From the NCBI GenBank assembly GCA_020048935.1, contig JAIFLS010000012.1, forward strand, positions 1 to 45,559: a stretch of 45,559 nt of DNA, in the 5' to 3' direction. This document shows, piece after piece, positions 37,601 through 45,559 of this stretch. The stretch is from a bacterium (GTDB lineage: Bacteria > Verrucomicrobiota > Kiritimatiellia > UBA8416). Within the stretch, counting starts at the first letter, position 1; every line of letters begins with the position of its first letter. Below the pieces are notes generated by a model. The model worked only from the letters and a program-made list of their open reading frames with translations, did no database searches and was not told where the DNA came from. The position numbers were made by a program, and so were the translations under genes.

Positions 37601-39690
37601 AGGACTTTAGGCATTCCGATTTGCTGGTGGCCGGGGCAATGGTCCTGATCTTGTCCGTGCTGATTCTCCCGATTCCGACCCCCCTGCTGGATGTGATGCT
37701 TGTGCTAAGTATCGCCATGTCGGTGCTTGTTCTTTTTATCACGCTTCAGTTGAAGGATGCCCTTCAGCTTTCCTCATTTCCTTCCATGCTGCTGATGCTG
37801 ACGCTTTTCCGGCTGGCTCTCAATGTTGCCACCACACGCCAGATTCTGCTCACGGGTTTTGCTGGCAACGTGATCCAGTCTTTTGGCGATTTCGTGGTGG
37901 GTGGCAACTATGTTGTCGGTGTGGTTATCTTCCTAATCCTGGTGCTTGTGAATTTCATGGTGATCACCAAGGGATCGGGGCGCATCGCCGAGGTGGCGGC
38001 CCGGTTTACGCTGGATGCCATGCCAGGCAAGCAGATGAGTATCGATGCCGATCTGAATGCCGGGCTGATTGATGAAGCGACAGCCCTGCGTCGTCGCGAG
38101 GGGCTTTCCAACGAGGCTGATTTCTACGGGGCGATGGATGGTGCCAGCAAGTTTGTCAAAGGCGATGCGGTGGCCGGCCTCGTCATTACCGCCATCAATA
38201 TCGCTGGCGGTTTTGCGATCGGCATGATGCAGCAGGGTATGGGTGCGATCGAGGCCTTGCAGAAATATACACTTCTGACGGTGGGTGATGGCCTTGTCTC
38301 GCAGATTCCCGCGTTGGTGGTCTCGACGGCAGCCGGCATGCTGGTGACACGCGCCGCTTCGGATCAAAGCCTAGGCGAAGACATCAAATCGCAGCTTTTC
38401 ATGCGACCCAAGCCTCTGTATGCGACGGGTGGCATGCTCGGTGCCATGGCGCTGGTGCCGGGGCTGCCGTTCATGCCGTTTATCCTGCTCGCGATGACGA
38501 TGGGCGGCATCGGGTATTCGCTACGCAAGTTGCCGCCGCCGTCGGAAACCACATCTGCGCCGGGGGGGGCAAAGAAAAAGGCGCTGCCGGGGAGTGTAGA
38601 GGCGAAAGCGTTGCCCATGAGTCGCCCAGCGGATATACCGGATGTGAGCGCGATGGATGTTGAAATCGGCTTTGGTCTGGTTCCTCTGGTTGACCGCGGC
38701 CAAGGAGGCACTTTGCTGGATCGCATTACCACGATTCGGCAACAGATTGCCGAAGACCTCGGCTTCATTCTCCCGCCGGTAAATGTGCATGATAACGCCC
38801 GGTTGCGCAATACGGAGTATGCGATCCGTGTCCGTGGCCTAGAGGTGGCGCGCGGTGTTTTGCAGCCGCAGCATTGGTTGGCGGTCGATGCCACTGGCGA
38901 TGTGCGATTTGAGGGCCCGGCACCGGTTAAGGAACCCACCTTCGGATTCCGGGCGTGGTGGGTGACCTCCGCGCAACGCGAACTGGCCGAGGCTCGCGGA
39001 ATGACGGTTGTGGATGCCAGCGGTGTCCTCAGTACGCATCTGGCTGAGACGATTCGCCGCCATGCCGGGGATCTGCTGGGGCGGCAGGATGTCAGCGAAA
39101 TGATTGAAAATGTCAAACAGAAGCATGCGTCGGTTGTGCAGGAGTTGATTCCCGCCCGTCTCAGCATCGGTGTTGTACATCGCGTGCTTCAATATTTGCT
39201 GCGTGAACGCGTTTCGGTTCGCGATCTTGCCTTGATCCTGGAAACGCTTTCTGATCATGCTGCCAAAACACAGGATCCGGTGATTCTTGGCGAACTGTGC
39301 CGCCGCTCCCTTGGTGGTCATATTGTGGGGGCCTATCTTGAGGCTGGCAACCGACTTCCCGCCATCGCGCTGCACCCGGAGCTTGAATCCGCGATGCAAA
39401 GCGCGATTCATCGCGAGAACGGTGACCTGGGCGTATTGGCTTTACCTCCGGTGCAGGTGCAGTCTATTCTGAAAAGCGTTGAAACCATTCTGCAGGCGGC
39501 TCGCAAAAAGAATCGCCATCCGGTATTGGTTGCACTTCCGGTTTTACGGCGGCATATCCGTCGATTAATCGAAGCGCAGGAGCGAGATCTGGCTGTGCTT
39601 TCATTTGTGGAAATACCGGATTTTGTTGATATTGATGTTATCGGGTTGATCAAGACTCCTTCGGGGCAAGCAGGCAAGGGAGATGCGTGA
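37591..39690 (+). CDS. flhA: Flagellar export gate protein FlhA
   Basis: Motifs are ILPIPTPLLDVMLVLSIAMSVLVL, GNYVVGVVIFLILVLVNFMVITKGSGRIAEVAARFTLDAMPGKQMSIDADL and FYGAMDGASKFVKGDA. Confidence 0.97.
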   Translation: MALKDFRHSDLLVAGAMVLILSVLILPIPTPLLDVMLVLSIAMSVLVLFITLQLKDALQLSSFPSMLLMLTLFRLALNVATTRQILLTGFAGNVIQSFGDFVVGGNYVVGVVIFLILVLVNFMVITKGSGRIAEVAARFTLDAMPGKQMSIDADLNAGLIDEATALRRREGLSNEADFYGAMDGASKFVKGDAVAGLVITAINIAGGFAIGMMQQGMGAIEALQKYTLLTVGDGLVSQIPALVVSTAAGMLVTRAASDQSLGEDIKSQLFMRPKPLYATGGMLGAMALVPGLPFMPFILLAMTMGGIGYSLRKLPPPSETTSAPGGAKKKALPGSVEAKALPMSRPADIPDVSAMDVEIGFGLVPLVDRGQGGTLLDRITTIRQQIAEDLGFILPPVNVHDNARLRNTEYAIRVRGLEVARGVLQPQHWLAVDATGDVRFEGPAPVKEPTFGFRAWWVTSAQRELAEARGMTVVDASGVLSTHLAETIRRHAGDLLGRQDVSEMIENVKQKHASVVQELIPARLSIGVVHRVLQYLLRERVSVRDLALILETLSDHAAKTQDPVILGELCRRSLGGHIVGAYLEAGNRLPAIALHPELESAMQSAIHRENGDLGVLALPPVQVQSILKSVETILQAARKKNRHPVLVALPVLRRHIRRLIEAQERDLAVLSFVEIPDFVDIDVIGLIKTPSGQAGKGDA

Positions 39691-39691
39691 G

Positions 39692-40906
39692 ATGAAGATC
39701 CGCCGTTATAAAGGCTCGAGTCGCGAAGAACTCTACCAGTTGATTAACAAGGAGATGGGGCCGAACGCGGTCGTCGTGGCTCCAGAGACTACGGGTGGGG
39801 GGCTATTGACGCGCGGCAAGAAGTATGAATTGATTGCGATTCTGGAGGATGCGGATGAGTCGGGGGCGTCAATCGCAAAGGCGGCCCCTGCGGGGGGGGC
39901 GGCCGACCCTGCGGTCGCAGACGATATGAACCGGTGGCAGCGTATACAGACCAGGCAGTGGCGCGAACTGCAAACGAAGATGAGTCAAATCCAGAAGACC
40001 GTGGATACGTTGCAGGCCGGGCCTCATGCCCCCGTCGGCGTTGCGCCGGATTCCCTGCCTGAGCATGCGGCACTGTGGGACTCGCGTTTCGTTGAATGGG
40101 CAAGGCGGGAAAAAATGGAACTGCTGGACGCCGATGCGCAACAAGTACGCGCTATCCTAGGCGATTCCCTGCCGATCGATGAGCATTTCCAGTTTAAGGG
40201 ACAGCAGAAAAAGCCGCATATTATTGTCCTGATCGGTCCCACCGGATCCGGCAAGACTACGACATTGGCCAAGATGGCCGCAATCTGTGCGCATCAGGAG
40301 CGTTTGCGTGTCGGTATCGTCAGTATCGATACCTACCGGGTGGCGGCGGTCGATCAGATCCGCGAGTATGCCTCGCTGCTGGATATGGAGTTACGCGTTG
40401 CGTTCTCGGCGGACGAGGCGCGTGTTGCGATTGCAGAGCTCGCGGACAACGACGTGATCCTGGTGGATACGCCAGGCCGCACCCATTTTGATGAGATGGG
40501 GCTTGCCGTCAGTCACAAGGTCCTGCGGGGAATGGGGGAAGTGACGGTCTTGTTAACGCTTCCGGCGACCTTGAGTATCAACGATCTGGCCGATACGCTG
40601 CAGGGATTCAAGCGCTTTCAGCCGCGCTATCTTGTCGTGACGAAAGTGGATGAGACGCGCCAGCCGGTTCTTTTCACGGCATTGCCTTTCGAAACGGATT
40701 TGAAGGTTGCGTTTGTGACCAATGGGCAGCGGGTCCCGCAGGATATTTTCCCCGGTGACGCCGAGCGGATTGGCGCGCTACTGATGCCGTCGCGAGGGAG
40801 CGTTGAGCCGCCGCCCAAGCCGTTCAGTTCGGTTTTGCAAGACCGCGTCGACAGTGTTCACGCAACGCGTGCCCGTGCCGCGGATGATGCCGGAGGCAGA
40901 CAATGA
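39692..40906 (+). CDS. flhF: Flagellar SRP-type GTPase FlhF
   Basis: The MKIRRYKG start is typical; an alternative ATG lies at 39683. The G1 box is GPTGSGKTTT, G3 is DTPGR and G4 is TKVDET. Confidence 0.9.
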   Translation: MKIRRYKGSSREELYQLINKEMGPNAVVVAPETTGGGLLTRGKKYELIAILEDADESGASIAKAAPAGGAADPAVADDMNRWQRIQTRQWRELQTKMSQIQKTVDTLQAGPHAPVGVAPDSLPEHAALWDSRFVEWARREKMELLDADAQQVRAILGDSLPIDEHFQFKGQQKKPHIIVLIGPTGSGKTTTLAKMAAICAHQERLRVGIVSIDTYRVAAVDQIREYASLLDMELRVAFSADEARVAIAELADNDVILVDTPGRTHFDEMGLAVSHKVLRGMGEVTVLLTLPATLSINDLADTLQGFKRFQPRYLVVTKVDETRQPVLFTALPFETDLKVAFVTNGQRVPQDIFPGDAERIGALLMPSRGSVEPPPKPFSSVLQDRVDSVHATRARAADDAGGRQ

Positions 40907-41832
40907 ATATCGGTAGGAACCCTAATGACCACGCCGGGGATCAGGCTGCCGCCTTGCGTCCGTCCACACCCTTGAGTAAAAAGATAGCGCCACCCCCTGT
41001 CGGTGCGCGTTGTATCGCGATCGGGAGCGGCAAAGGCGGTGTCGGCAAAACCGTGGTTTCGGTCGGATTGGCGCTATCGTTATGCGAGCGCGGTCAGCGT
41101 GTTCTTCTGTTTGATGGGGATATGGGGCTGGCAAACGTGGATTTGCAGATGGGGTTGGTGCCTGCCTTTACGATCCAGGATGTCATCTTCGGGCATTGTT
41201 CGCTTGAGAATGCATGTATGCGCATCGAGGGGGGGCCGGATGTGCTGGTGTCTGCCTCCGGTGCTCCCGAACTGGCTGATCTTAGTCCGGCAAGGCGCCA
41301 ACTGTTTATTGAGGATCTCTTCCGGTTCTCGTCAAATTATGATTATTTCCTGATTGACACCGGTGCCGGCATCGGGCGTGGCAGCACGGACTTCCTGGCC
41401 GCCTGTCCTGAGGTGCTTGTTGTGTTGACCAACGAACCAACCTCGCTGATGGATGCGTATGCCTTGATCAAGACACTGCATCTGCGGGGAGAGGTACATG
41501 GGCTCGGGGTGATCGTGAATATGGTGGACTCGCTTGACGAAGGCGAGCGGGTTTTCTCTCGACTCAATGCGATTGCCCGGCAGTTTCTCGGTGTGTCGTT
41601 AGCACTGGCGGGCGTTCTGGTTTATGATCGGCAGGTCTCGGATGCGATTCGTCAACAGCAAAGCATTGTCCGCTATGCCAGTGGGGGGGCGGTTGCACAT
41701 TGCTTGCGTGATATTGCCCGCCATATCGAAACCCGCCCTCGGCAACAGGTGGTGCCGCTGAGTTTGGCGCAGTGGGGAAAACAGTGGGAAGTGACGGCGT
41801 TTCTTTCGGCCGAAGGGGATAAGGCATTATGA
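40903..41832 (+). CDS. flhG: MinD/ParA-type ATPase FlhG (FleN/YlxH)
   Basis: The deviant Walker A is GSGKGGVGKT. The N-terminal DQAAALR matches the DQAxxLR motif that activates FlhF. ATGA overlaps link it to its neighbours. Confidence 0.9.
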   Translation: MNIGRNPNDHAGDQAAALRPSTPLSKKIAPPPVGARCIAIGSGKGGVGKTVVSVGLALSLCERGQRVLLFDGDMGLANVDLQMGLVPAFTIQDVIFGHCSLENACMRIEGGPDVLVSASGAPELADLSPARRQLFIEDLFRFSSNYDYFLIDTGAGIGRGSTDFLAACPEVLVVLTNEPTSLMDAYALIKTLHLRGEVHGLGVIVNMVDSLDEGERVFSRLNAIARQFLGVSLALAGVLVYDRQVSDAIRQQQSIVRYASGGAVAHCLRDIARHIETRPRQQVVPLSLAQWGKQWEVTAFLSAEGDKAL

Positions 41833-42140
41833 AGGCACTCTTATGTCAGATTGCATTGATTGTAGGCGGGATCGTGGCCGCCCTGTCGCTTGGGGTTAAC
41901 TTGCTACGGGATATGGAGCTGTTCACGGCGGTTTTCCGCGCCATCCTTGTTTTTATCGGTACCGTCACTATCATTTTTCTCTTCCTGCATCTTTTTTCTG
42001 TGATCCTGGTTCGTTTTGTTGCCGAACAGGTGGTCCAGCAACGCAGTCATGCCGATGACGAACAGAATAAGACAAAGCAAGCCGGGGCCTTTGTGCGCAC
42101 ACGCGCCGGAACGGCACCAAAAGCGATTGAGTCGAAATGA
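41829..42140 (+). CDS. Small two-TM membrane protein, unknown function
   Basis: The protein is 103 aa with two hydrophobic helices (IALIVGGIVAALSLGV and ILVFIGTVTIIFLFLHLFSVILV) and a basic tail. ATGA overlaps occur at both ends, with the flhG stop and the fliA start. Confidence 0.65.
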   Translation: MKALLCQIALIVGGIVAALSLGVNLLRDMELFTAVFRAILVFIGTVTIIFLFLHLFSVILVRFVAEQVVQQRSHADDEQNKTKQAGAFVRTRAGTAPKAIESK

Positions 42141-42910
42141 GTACGCAAACGACCGAAATCAATGATGAGGAATGTGCTGCCTTATGGGCGACGCATGTCG
42201 CGGCCCCATCGGAAGGCACGGTCGCTCGCCTCGTCGAGTTTTACCTTCCGATGGTGCGCCAAACCGTCGCGCTGATGTCGGTTTATTGCCGGCCGGACCT
42301 TGACCGGGACGACTTGATCCAGCATGCCATGATGGGGTTGTGGCAGTGCATCGAAAAGTTTGATCCTCTACGCCAGATCCAGTTTCGCAGCTTTGCGATG
42401 CCGCGGATCCGTGGGGCGGTGCTGGATGCGCTGCGTCGGCATGACCCGTTGAGCCGGAGCGACCGCGCACTTCTGAAAACATTGCAGGATTCGGTGACGC
42501 TATACAGTCATCAGCACCAGGCGGTTCCGGATGACGAAACCCTGGCGGCACTGGCCGATATTGATGTTGACCGGTTGCATGATCTAACCGCGCGTGCGCA
42601 GCCTGTTCTCTCGCTGGATGGCGTCGGGCTCGAGGATATGGATGGCAATGGGCAGAGTCTTGGAGACCGTTTGGTTGACGATAAGGCGCCGGACCCCCGC
42701 CTGGAGACGGTGCGCAATGAGCAGGGAGCCCTGTTCCGGAAAGCTTTTAGACGTTTGCCTTCACGACAGCAGAAAATCCTCTATTTGTACTATTACGAAG
42801 ACTTAACTTTAAAGGATATAGGCGCGACTCTCGACCTGACAGAGGCGCGTATCTGCCAGTTGCATGCAACGGCACTGCTATTTTTGAAAGCGTTGATGAA
42901 GAGCGCGTAA
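42137..42910 (+). CDS. fliA: Flagellar sigma factor FliA (sigma-28)
   Basis: Region 2 reads DLIQHAMMGLWQCIEKFDP ... FRSFAMPRIRGAVLDALRR. Region 4 reads LPSRQQKILYLYYYEDLTLKDIGATLDLTEARICQLH. The position after flhFG fits. Confidence 0.9.
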   Translation: MSTQTTEINDEECAALWATHVAAPSEGTVARLVEFYLPMVRQTVALMSVYCRPDLDRDDLIQHAMMGLWQCIEKFDPLRQIQFRSFAMPRIRGAVLDALRRHDPLSRSDRALLKTLQDSVTLYSHQHQAVPDDETLAALADIDVDRLHDLTARAQPVLSLDGVGLEDMDGNGQSLGDRLVDDKAPDPRLETVRNEQGALFRKAFRRLPSRQQKILYLYYYEDLTLKDIGATLDLTEARICQLHATALLFLKALMKSA

Positions 42911-42939
42911 GCCAGGACGTGGTAGAAACGAAGGATGCG

Positions 42940-43239
42940 ATGAGCAGTTCATTGAGTGCAAGTGATGGTGGAGGCTTGGTGGGGAAGGATGGGCTTGCCC
43001 CGTCGGAGTCGTTGCACCGCGTTTCATCCATCGATCAGAATGCGTCACGAAAGGATGACGCATCGTCCCGAAACCAGGAGAATCCGCGTCATCGTCGTCC
43101 GCCGGTCGAGGACCGTATCGAACTCAGTGAGGATGCGCTCCGTGAGGCTCTGTCGAGTCCTCGGCAGTTGCCGGAAGACACCGATCCCGCGCAGGAAGTC
43201 CCCGATTTACCGCCGGTATCCTTCCGTGCGCAAGTTTAA
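42940..43239 (+). CDS. Acidic, low-complexity hypothetical protein (possible FlgM-like anti-sigma factor, unproven)
   Basis: The ORF starts 9-30 bp after the fliA stop (GTG 42919 or ATG 42940). Its composition predicts disorder. IELSEDALREAL is only faintly FlgM-like. The ORF fills what would otherwise be a 330-bp gap. Confidence 0.3.
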   Translation: MSSSLSASDGGGLVGKDGLAPSESLHRVSSIDQNASRKDDASSRNQENPRHRRPPVEDRIELSEDALREALSSPRQLPEDTDPAQEVPDLPPVSFRAQV

Positions 43240-43246
43240 CGGTTTT

Positions 43247-43753
43247 TCAGGACACGCTGATCTGCGTATAAAACACGTCGGCGTTTAGCGTGACCGGCGC
43301 GACCATGGTGAGCTTGACACCCGATGGGGTACAAAGATGGTGGTTGGCACCAACCGCGATCGTCGGCAGCGAGAGTGACAGCAGGAACCCTTTCTCGGAA
43401 AGTCGTGTCTTGGCTCCTCCGGCAGCCATATTGGCCAGTTCACCCACAACGTCATTCAGTTCATCCGAGGCTACTTCAGCATCACTCTCCATCATCATCA
43501 TGCTTCTGAAAATCAGCTTTGCCAACTCTTCGGGGAAAATAAGCGAGAGTTGAGCGCGTACTTCGATGCCGCTTTCTGGGTGTGTGCCTGAAAGGCTGAT
43601 GGTTCCTGAGACATTTCCGGTGGGGGCACCATTTTCCTTTGATGCAATGTCCCCTACCGAAACAGGGATCATGACCATTTGGGCAAATGCGTCTTCAATG
43701 CTCGCGAAAACGGCCGGGGGTATCATCATCAATAATTCACTTGTACTGCTCAT
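43247..43753 (-). CDS. cheX: CheX-type phosphatase (paralogue 3 of 3, most canonical)
   Basis: The motif is DVVGELAN (D-x3-E-x2-N), followed by MAAGGAKTRL, with Pro 22 residues after the Asn (LSLP). The gene lies directly downstream of cheY. Confidence 0.7.
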   Translation of the reverse strand: MSSTSELLMMIPPAVFASIEDAFAQMVMIPVSVGDIASKENGAPTGNVSGTISLSGTHPESGIEVRAQLSLIFPEELAKLIFRSMMMMESDAEVASDELNDVVGELANMAAGGAKTRLSEKGFLLSLSLPTIAVGANHHLCTPSGVKLTMVAPVTLNADVFYTQISVS

Positions 43754-43781
43754 GAATCGGTCCTTGCTGTATTCGTTGGTG

Positions 43782-44162
43782 TTAACTGCCCAGGATTTCC
43801 TGCATTTTAGCCTTGAGGGTTTCGGGGGTGAACGGTTTTACAATGTAAGCATTAGCCCCGCAAGTTAATGCCTCGATGACATCGTCCTTCGCCCCTTCTG
43901 TCGTTACCATCATGATGGGAATTTTGCCGTAGGACGGCAGGCTGCGAAGTCTCTTGATCAGCTCCAAACCGTCCATGTTCGGCATATTCCAGTCAGTCAG
44001 CACACAGTCAAACTGCGCATTCTCGCAAAGCTGGATCGCTTCCTGTCCGTCGGCGGCTTCGGTGACATCGTTGAAGCCGCAGCGGGCAAGCGTCATCTTA
44101 AGGATGCGACGCATGGTAGAGGAATCATCGGCTACCAGTATTTTTGTATCTGATGCGCTCAT
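43782..44162 (-). CDS. cheY: Chemotaxis response regulator CheY
   Basis: KILVADDSSTMRRILK ... VLTDWNMPNMDGLELIKRLR ... MVTTEG ... YIVKPFTPETLKAKM are canonical CheY motifs. The protein is 126 aa. Confidence 0.93.
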   Translation of the reverse strand: MSASDTKILVADDSSTMRRILKMTLARCGFNDVTEAADGQEAIQLCENAQFDCVLTDWNMPNMDGLELIKRLRSLPSYGKIPIMMVTTEGAKDDVIEALTCGANAYIVKPFTPETLKAKMQEILGS

Positions 44163-44331
44163 AAGCTCTCCATCTGTGTTGGTTTTCAGAGAAAATCATC
44201 GCGGGCGGCAAAGATTGTGTAAGTACGCAGTAGAGTATTAGACGAAGTTCAATCAGAATTCAATCATTAAAAACGAGGGCGTAAACGGTGAAGTGATTGG
44301 TAAGCCCGGGGTGTTATTGCCGGTTTGCCGG

Positions 44332-44346
44332 TGGCACTGGATCTGC
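44332..44346 (+). promoter_or_regulatory. Sigma-54-like element TGGCAC-tggat-CTGC upstream of flgL (geometry problematic)
   Basis: It has the same TGGCAC-N5-CTGC core as the candidate at 25547-25561. The -12 GC is only ~14 nt from the flgL ATG, which implies a near-leaderless transcript. Confidence 0.25.
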
Positions 44347-44359
44347 TAACAGTCAAGGC

Positions 44360-45286
44360 ATGCGAATTACACCAGATATGAATATGCGAATGATGTCAGG
44401 TGCCATGCTGCGGCATCAACAAACGTTGTTCGATGTGCGGCGGCAAATGTCCTCCGGACGAAAAGTCAATCTGGCCTCCGATGATCCTGGTGCTTATGAG
44501 GCGATCCAGGGCTTGAAATCGGATTTGTCGCAGTTGTCGCAGTTTGAGCGGAATTCCAATATGGCCCGGCATTATCTAACGATGCTGGATAGCAGCCTGG
44601 ACAAGACCGTGAACCTGGTGCATCAGGCTAGTGAGTTGGCCGTGCGCGCGAGCGATGCCACATTGGATCCCGGTGCGCGTGAGGCCATGGCACAACAGGC
44701 GGATCAATTATTGCAATCGCTTTTGGCCGTGGCTAACAGTTCGGAGGGCGGCCGCTATAATTTTGCCGGACTGAGGGCGAGTGAGAAACCGTATGTCGAA
44801 CAGGTTGATCCGGTAACCGGTAGGATTTCCGCTGTGGTATATGCGGGAAGCGAAGAGACCCGGATGATCAAGACCGGCCCGGAGCAATACGCGGCGACCA
44901 ATATTGCAGGGAGTCAGTCGGTAGGCGAGGGCGGCATATTCCAGACATCGACACGCGATTTATTTGATAGTGTGATTCGTTTGCGCGATTCGCTGTCGGC
45001 TGGTGTGAATGGTGCGGAAACCGATAACCTTGAACGGCTGAACGATGATTTAAATCATGTGCTGGGCCAAGTTAGCCTGAATGGTGCTCGGCATGAACAG
45101 GTCATTATGAATGAGTCCTACCTGCGTGAGATGCAATTGACAAACCAGCAGTCTCTTGCATCGCTGGATTCCGTTGATATGGCGGAAGCCGCCATGCAGC
45201 TTTCGCAGGCGCAAACAGCTTATCAAGCGGCCCTTCACGGTACTTCAACCCTGATGCAGCAAGTGTCCCTGCTGAATTACATGTAA
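44360..45286 (+). CDS. flgL: Flagellar hook-associated protein 3 FlgL (flagellin superfamily)
   Basis: The MRITPDM start is typical. Motifs are LASDDPGAYE, GGRYNFAG and the C-terminal DSVDMAEAAMQLSQAQTAYQAAL ... VSLLNYM. The track start 44297 lies upstream of the conserved N-terminus. Confidence 0.85.
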   Translation: MRITPDMNMRMMSGAMLRHQQTLFDVRRQMSSGRKVNLASDDPGAYEAIQGLKSDLSQLSQFERNSNMARHYLTMLDSSLDKTVNLVHQASELAVRASDATLDPGAREAMAQQADQLLQSLLAVANSSEGGRYNFAGLRASEKPYVEQVDPVTGRISAVVYAGSEETRMIKTGPEQYAATNIAGSQSVGEGGIFQTSTRDLFDSVIRLRDSLSAGVNGAETDNLERLNDDLNHVLGQVSLNGARHEQVIMNESYLREMQLTNQQSLASLDSVDMAEAAMQLSQAQTAYQAALHGTSTLMQQVSLLNYM

Positions 45287-45347
45287 GCCCGCCGCCCACT
45301 GGGGTGGGCAAAAACGAGGGTGGTAACTTTCTGGGGAGATCGGAAAA

Positions 45348-45418
45348 CGACTACGGCGACGACTACGGCTGACGCGGGTGTAAGGTCGAATCGTAATCCG
45401 TAGTCGTCGCCGTAGTCG
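45348..45418. repeat. 21-bp perfect inverted repeat (cgactacggcgacgactacgg / ccgtagtcgtcgccgtagtcg) with a 29-nt loop
   Basis: The arms at 45348-45368 and 45398-45418 were read directly. Each arm is itself an internal near-duplication of gactacgg. The repeat is flanked by a GGTAACTTT-containing direct repeat (45318-45335 and 45490-45508). Confidence 0.85.
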
Positions 45419-45559
45419 TCCACCGAAAACTGAGTCAAAATGGCCAAGTTATAGGCAAGCCAGCCGCTCGGGGCTCCGGGCGAAAATGAATGGGTAACTT
45501 TTTTGGTGGAACGCGACCTCCGGGCGCGTTATGACCGTGGTGTGTGCATGGGTTGTCCA

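Noticed and set aside
45294-45309. The hairpin GCCCAC-tggg-GTGGGC just after the flgL stop, as the flgL intrinsic terminator.
   Set aside because: On the + strand it is followed by an A-run rather than a T-run. It would fit better as a terminator for a convergent gene beyond the window end, which cannot be verified here.

Overview
This is a 45.6-kb, gene-dense, high-GC bacterial chromosomal window (by eye high-50s %), devoted almost entirely to motility and signal transduction. I saw no rRNA, tRNA, CRISPR array, transposase, integrase or recognisable defence genes. All domain calls come from reading motifs in the supplied translations; no database or HMM search was run.

Layout:
(1) 3-7906 (+): chemotaxis operon with an MCP-hemerythrin fusion (5' end cut by the window), REC, CheA, CheR, CheB, CheD, HDOD, CheY-like and CheX.
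(2) 7911-8453 (-): orphan protein with a C-terminal J-domain.
(3) 8570-18212 (+): multi-kinase operon with a 987-aa REC-REC-HK-REC-pseudoHK protein, a small ORF, HDOD, a tripartite hybrid kinase (HK-REC-HPt), a second CheA and a REC.
(4) 18178-32782 (-): three paralogous hybrid kinases, then a secreted Cys-peptidase gene behind a sigma-54-type promoter, then an NtrC-type sigma-54 activator. That activator is the last gene of a Che-like operon lacking CheA, CheW and MCP (CheR-CheD-HDOD-CheY-HDOD-CheX-REC-CheB-EBP).
(5) 32965-43239 (+): a DUF2225-like zinc-ribbon protein, then fliOPQR-flhBAFG, a small membrane ORF, fliA and an acidic ORF.
(6) cheY-cheX (-) divergent from flgL (+).

I count 17 receiver domains, 5 HPt domains, 8 kinase ATPase cores, 4 HDOD proteins and 3 CheX-type phosphatases, with no stand-alone CheW.

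The best candidates for something undescribed are:
- the recurring HDOD-CheY-CheX module;
- the kinase-less Che-like operon that appears wired through a sigma-54 activator to a secreted peptidase;
- the double-kinase protein whose second H-box has lost its histidine;
- the long poly-C tracts sitting exactly at kinase domain junctions.
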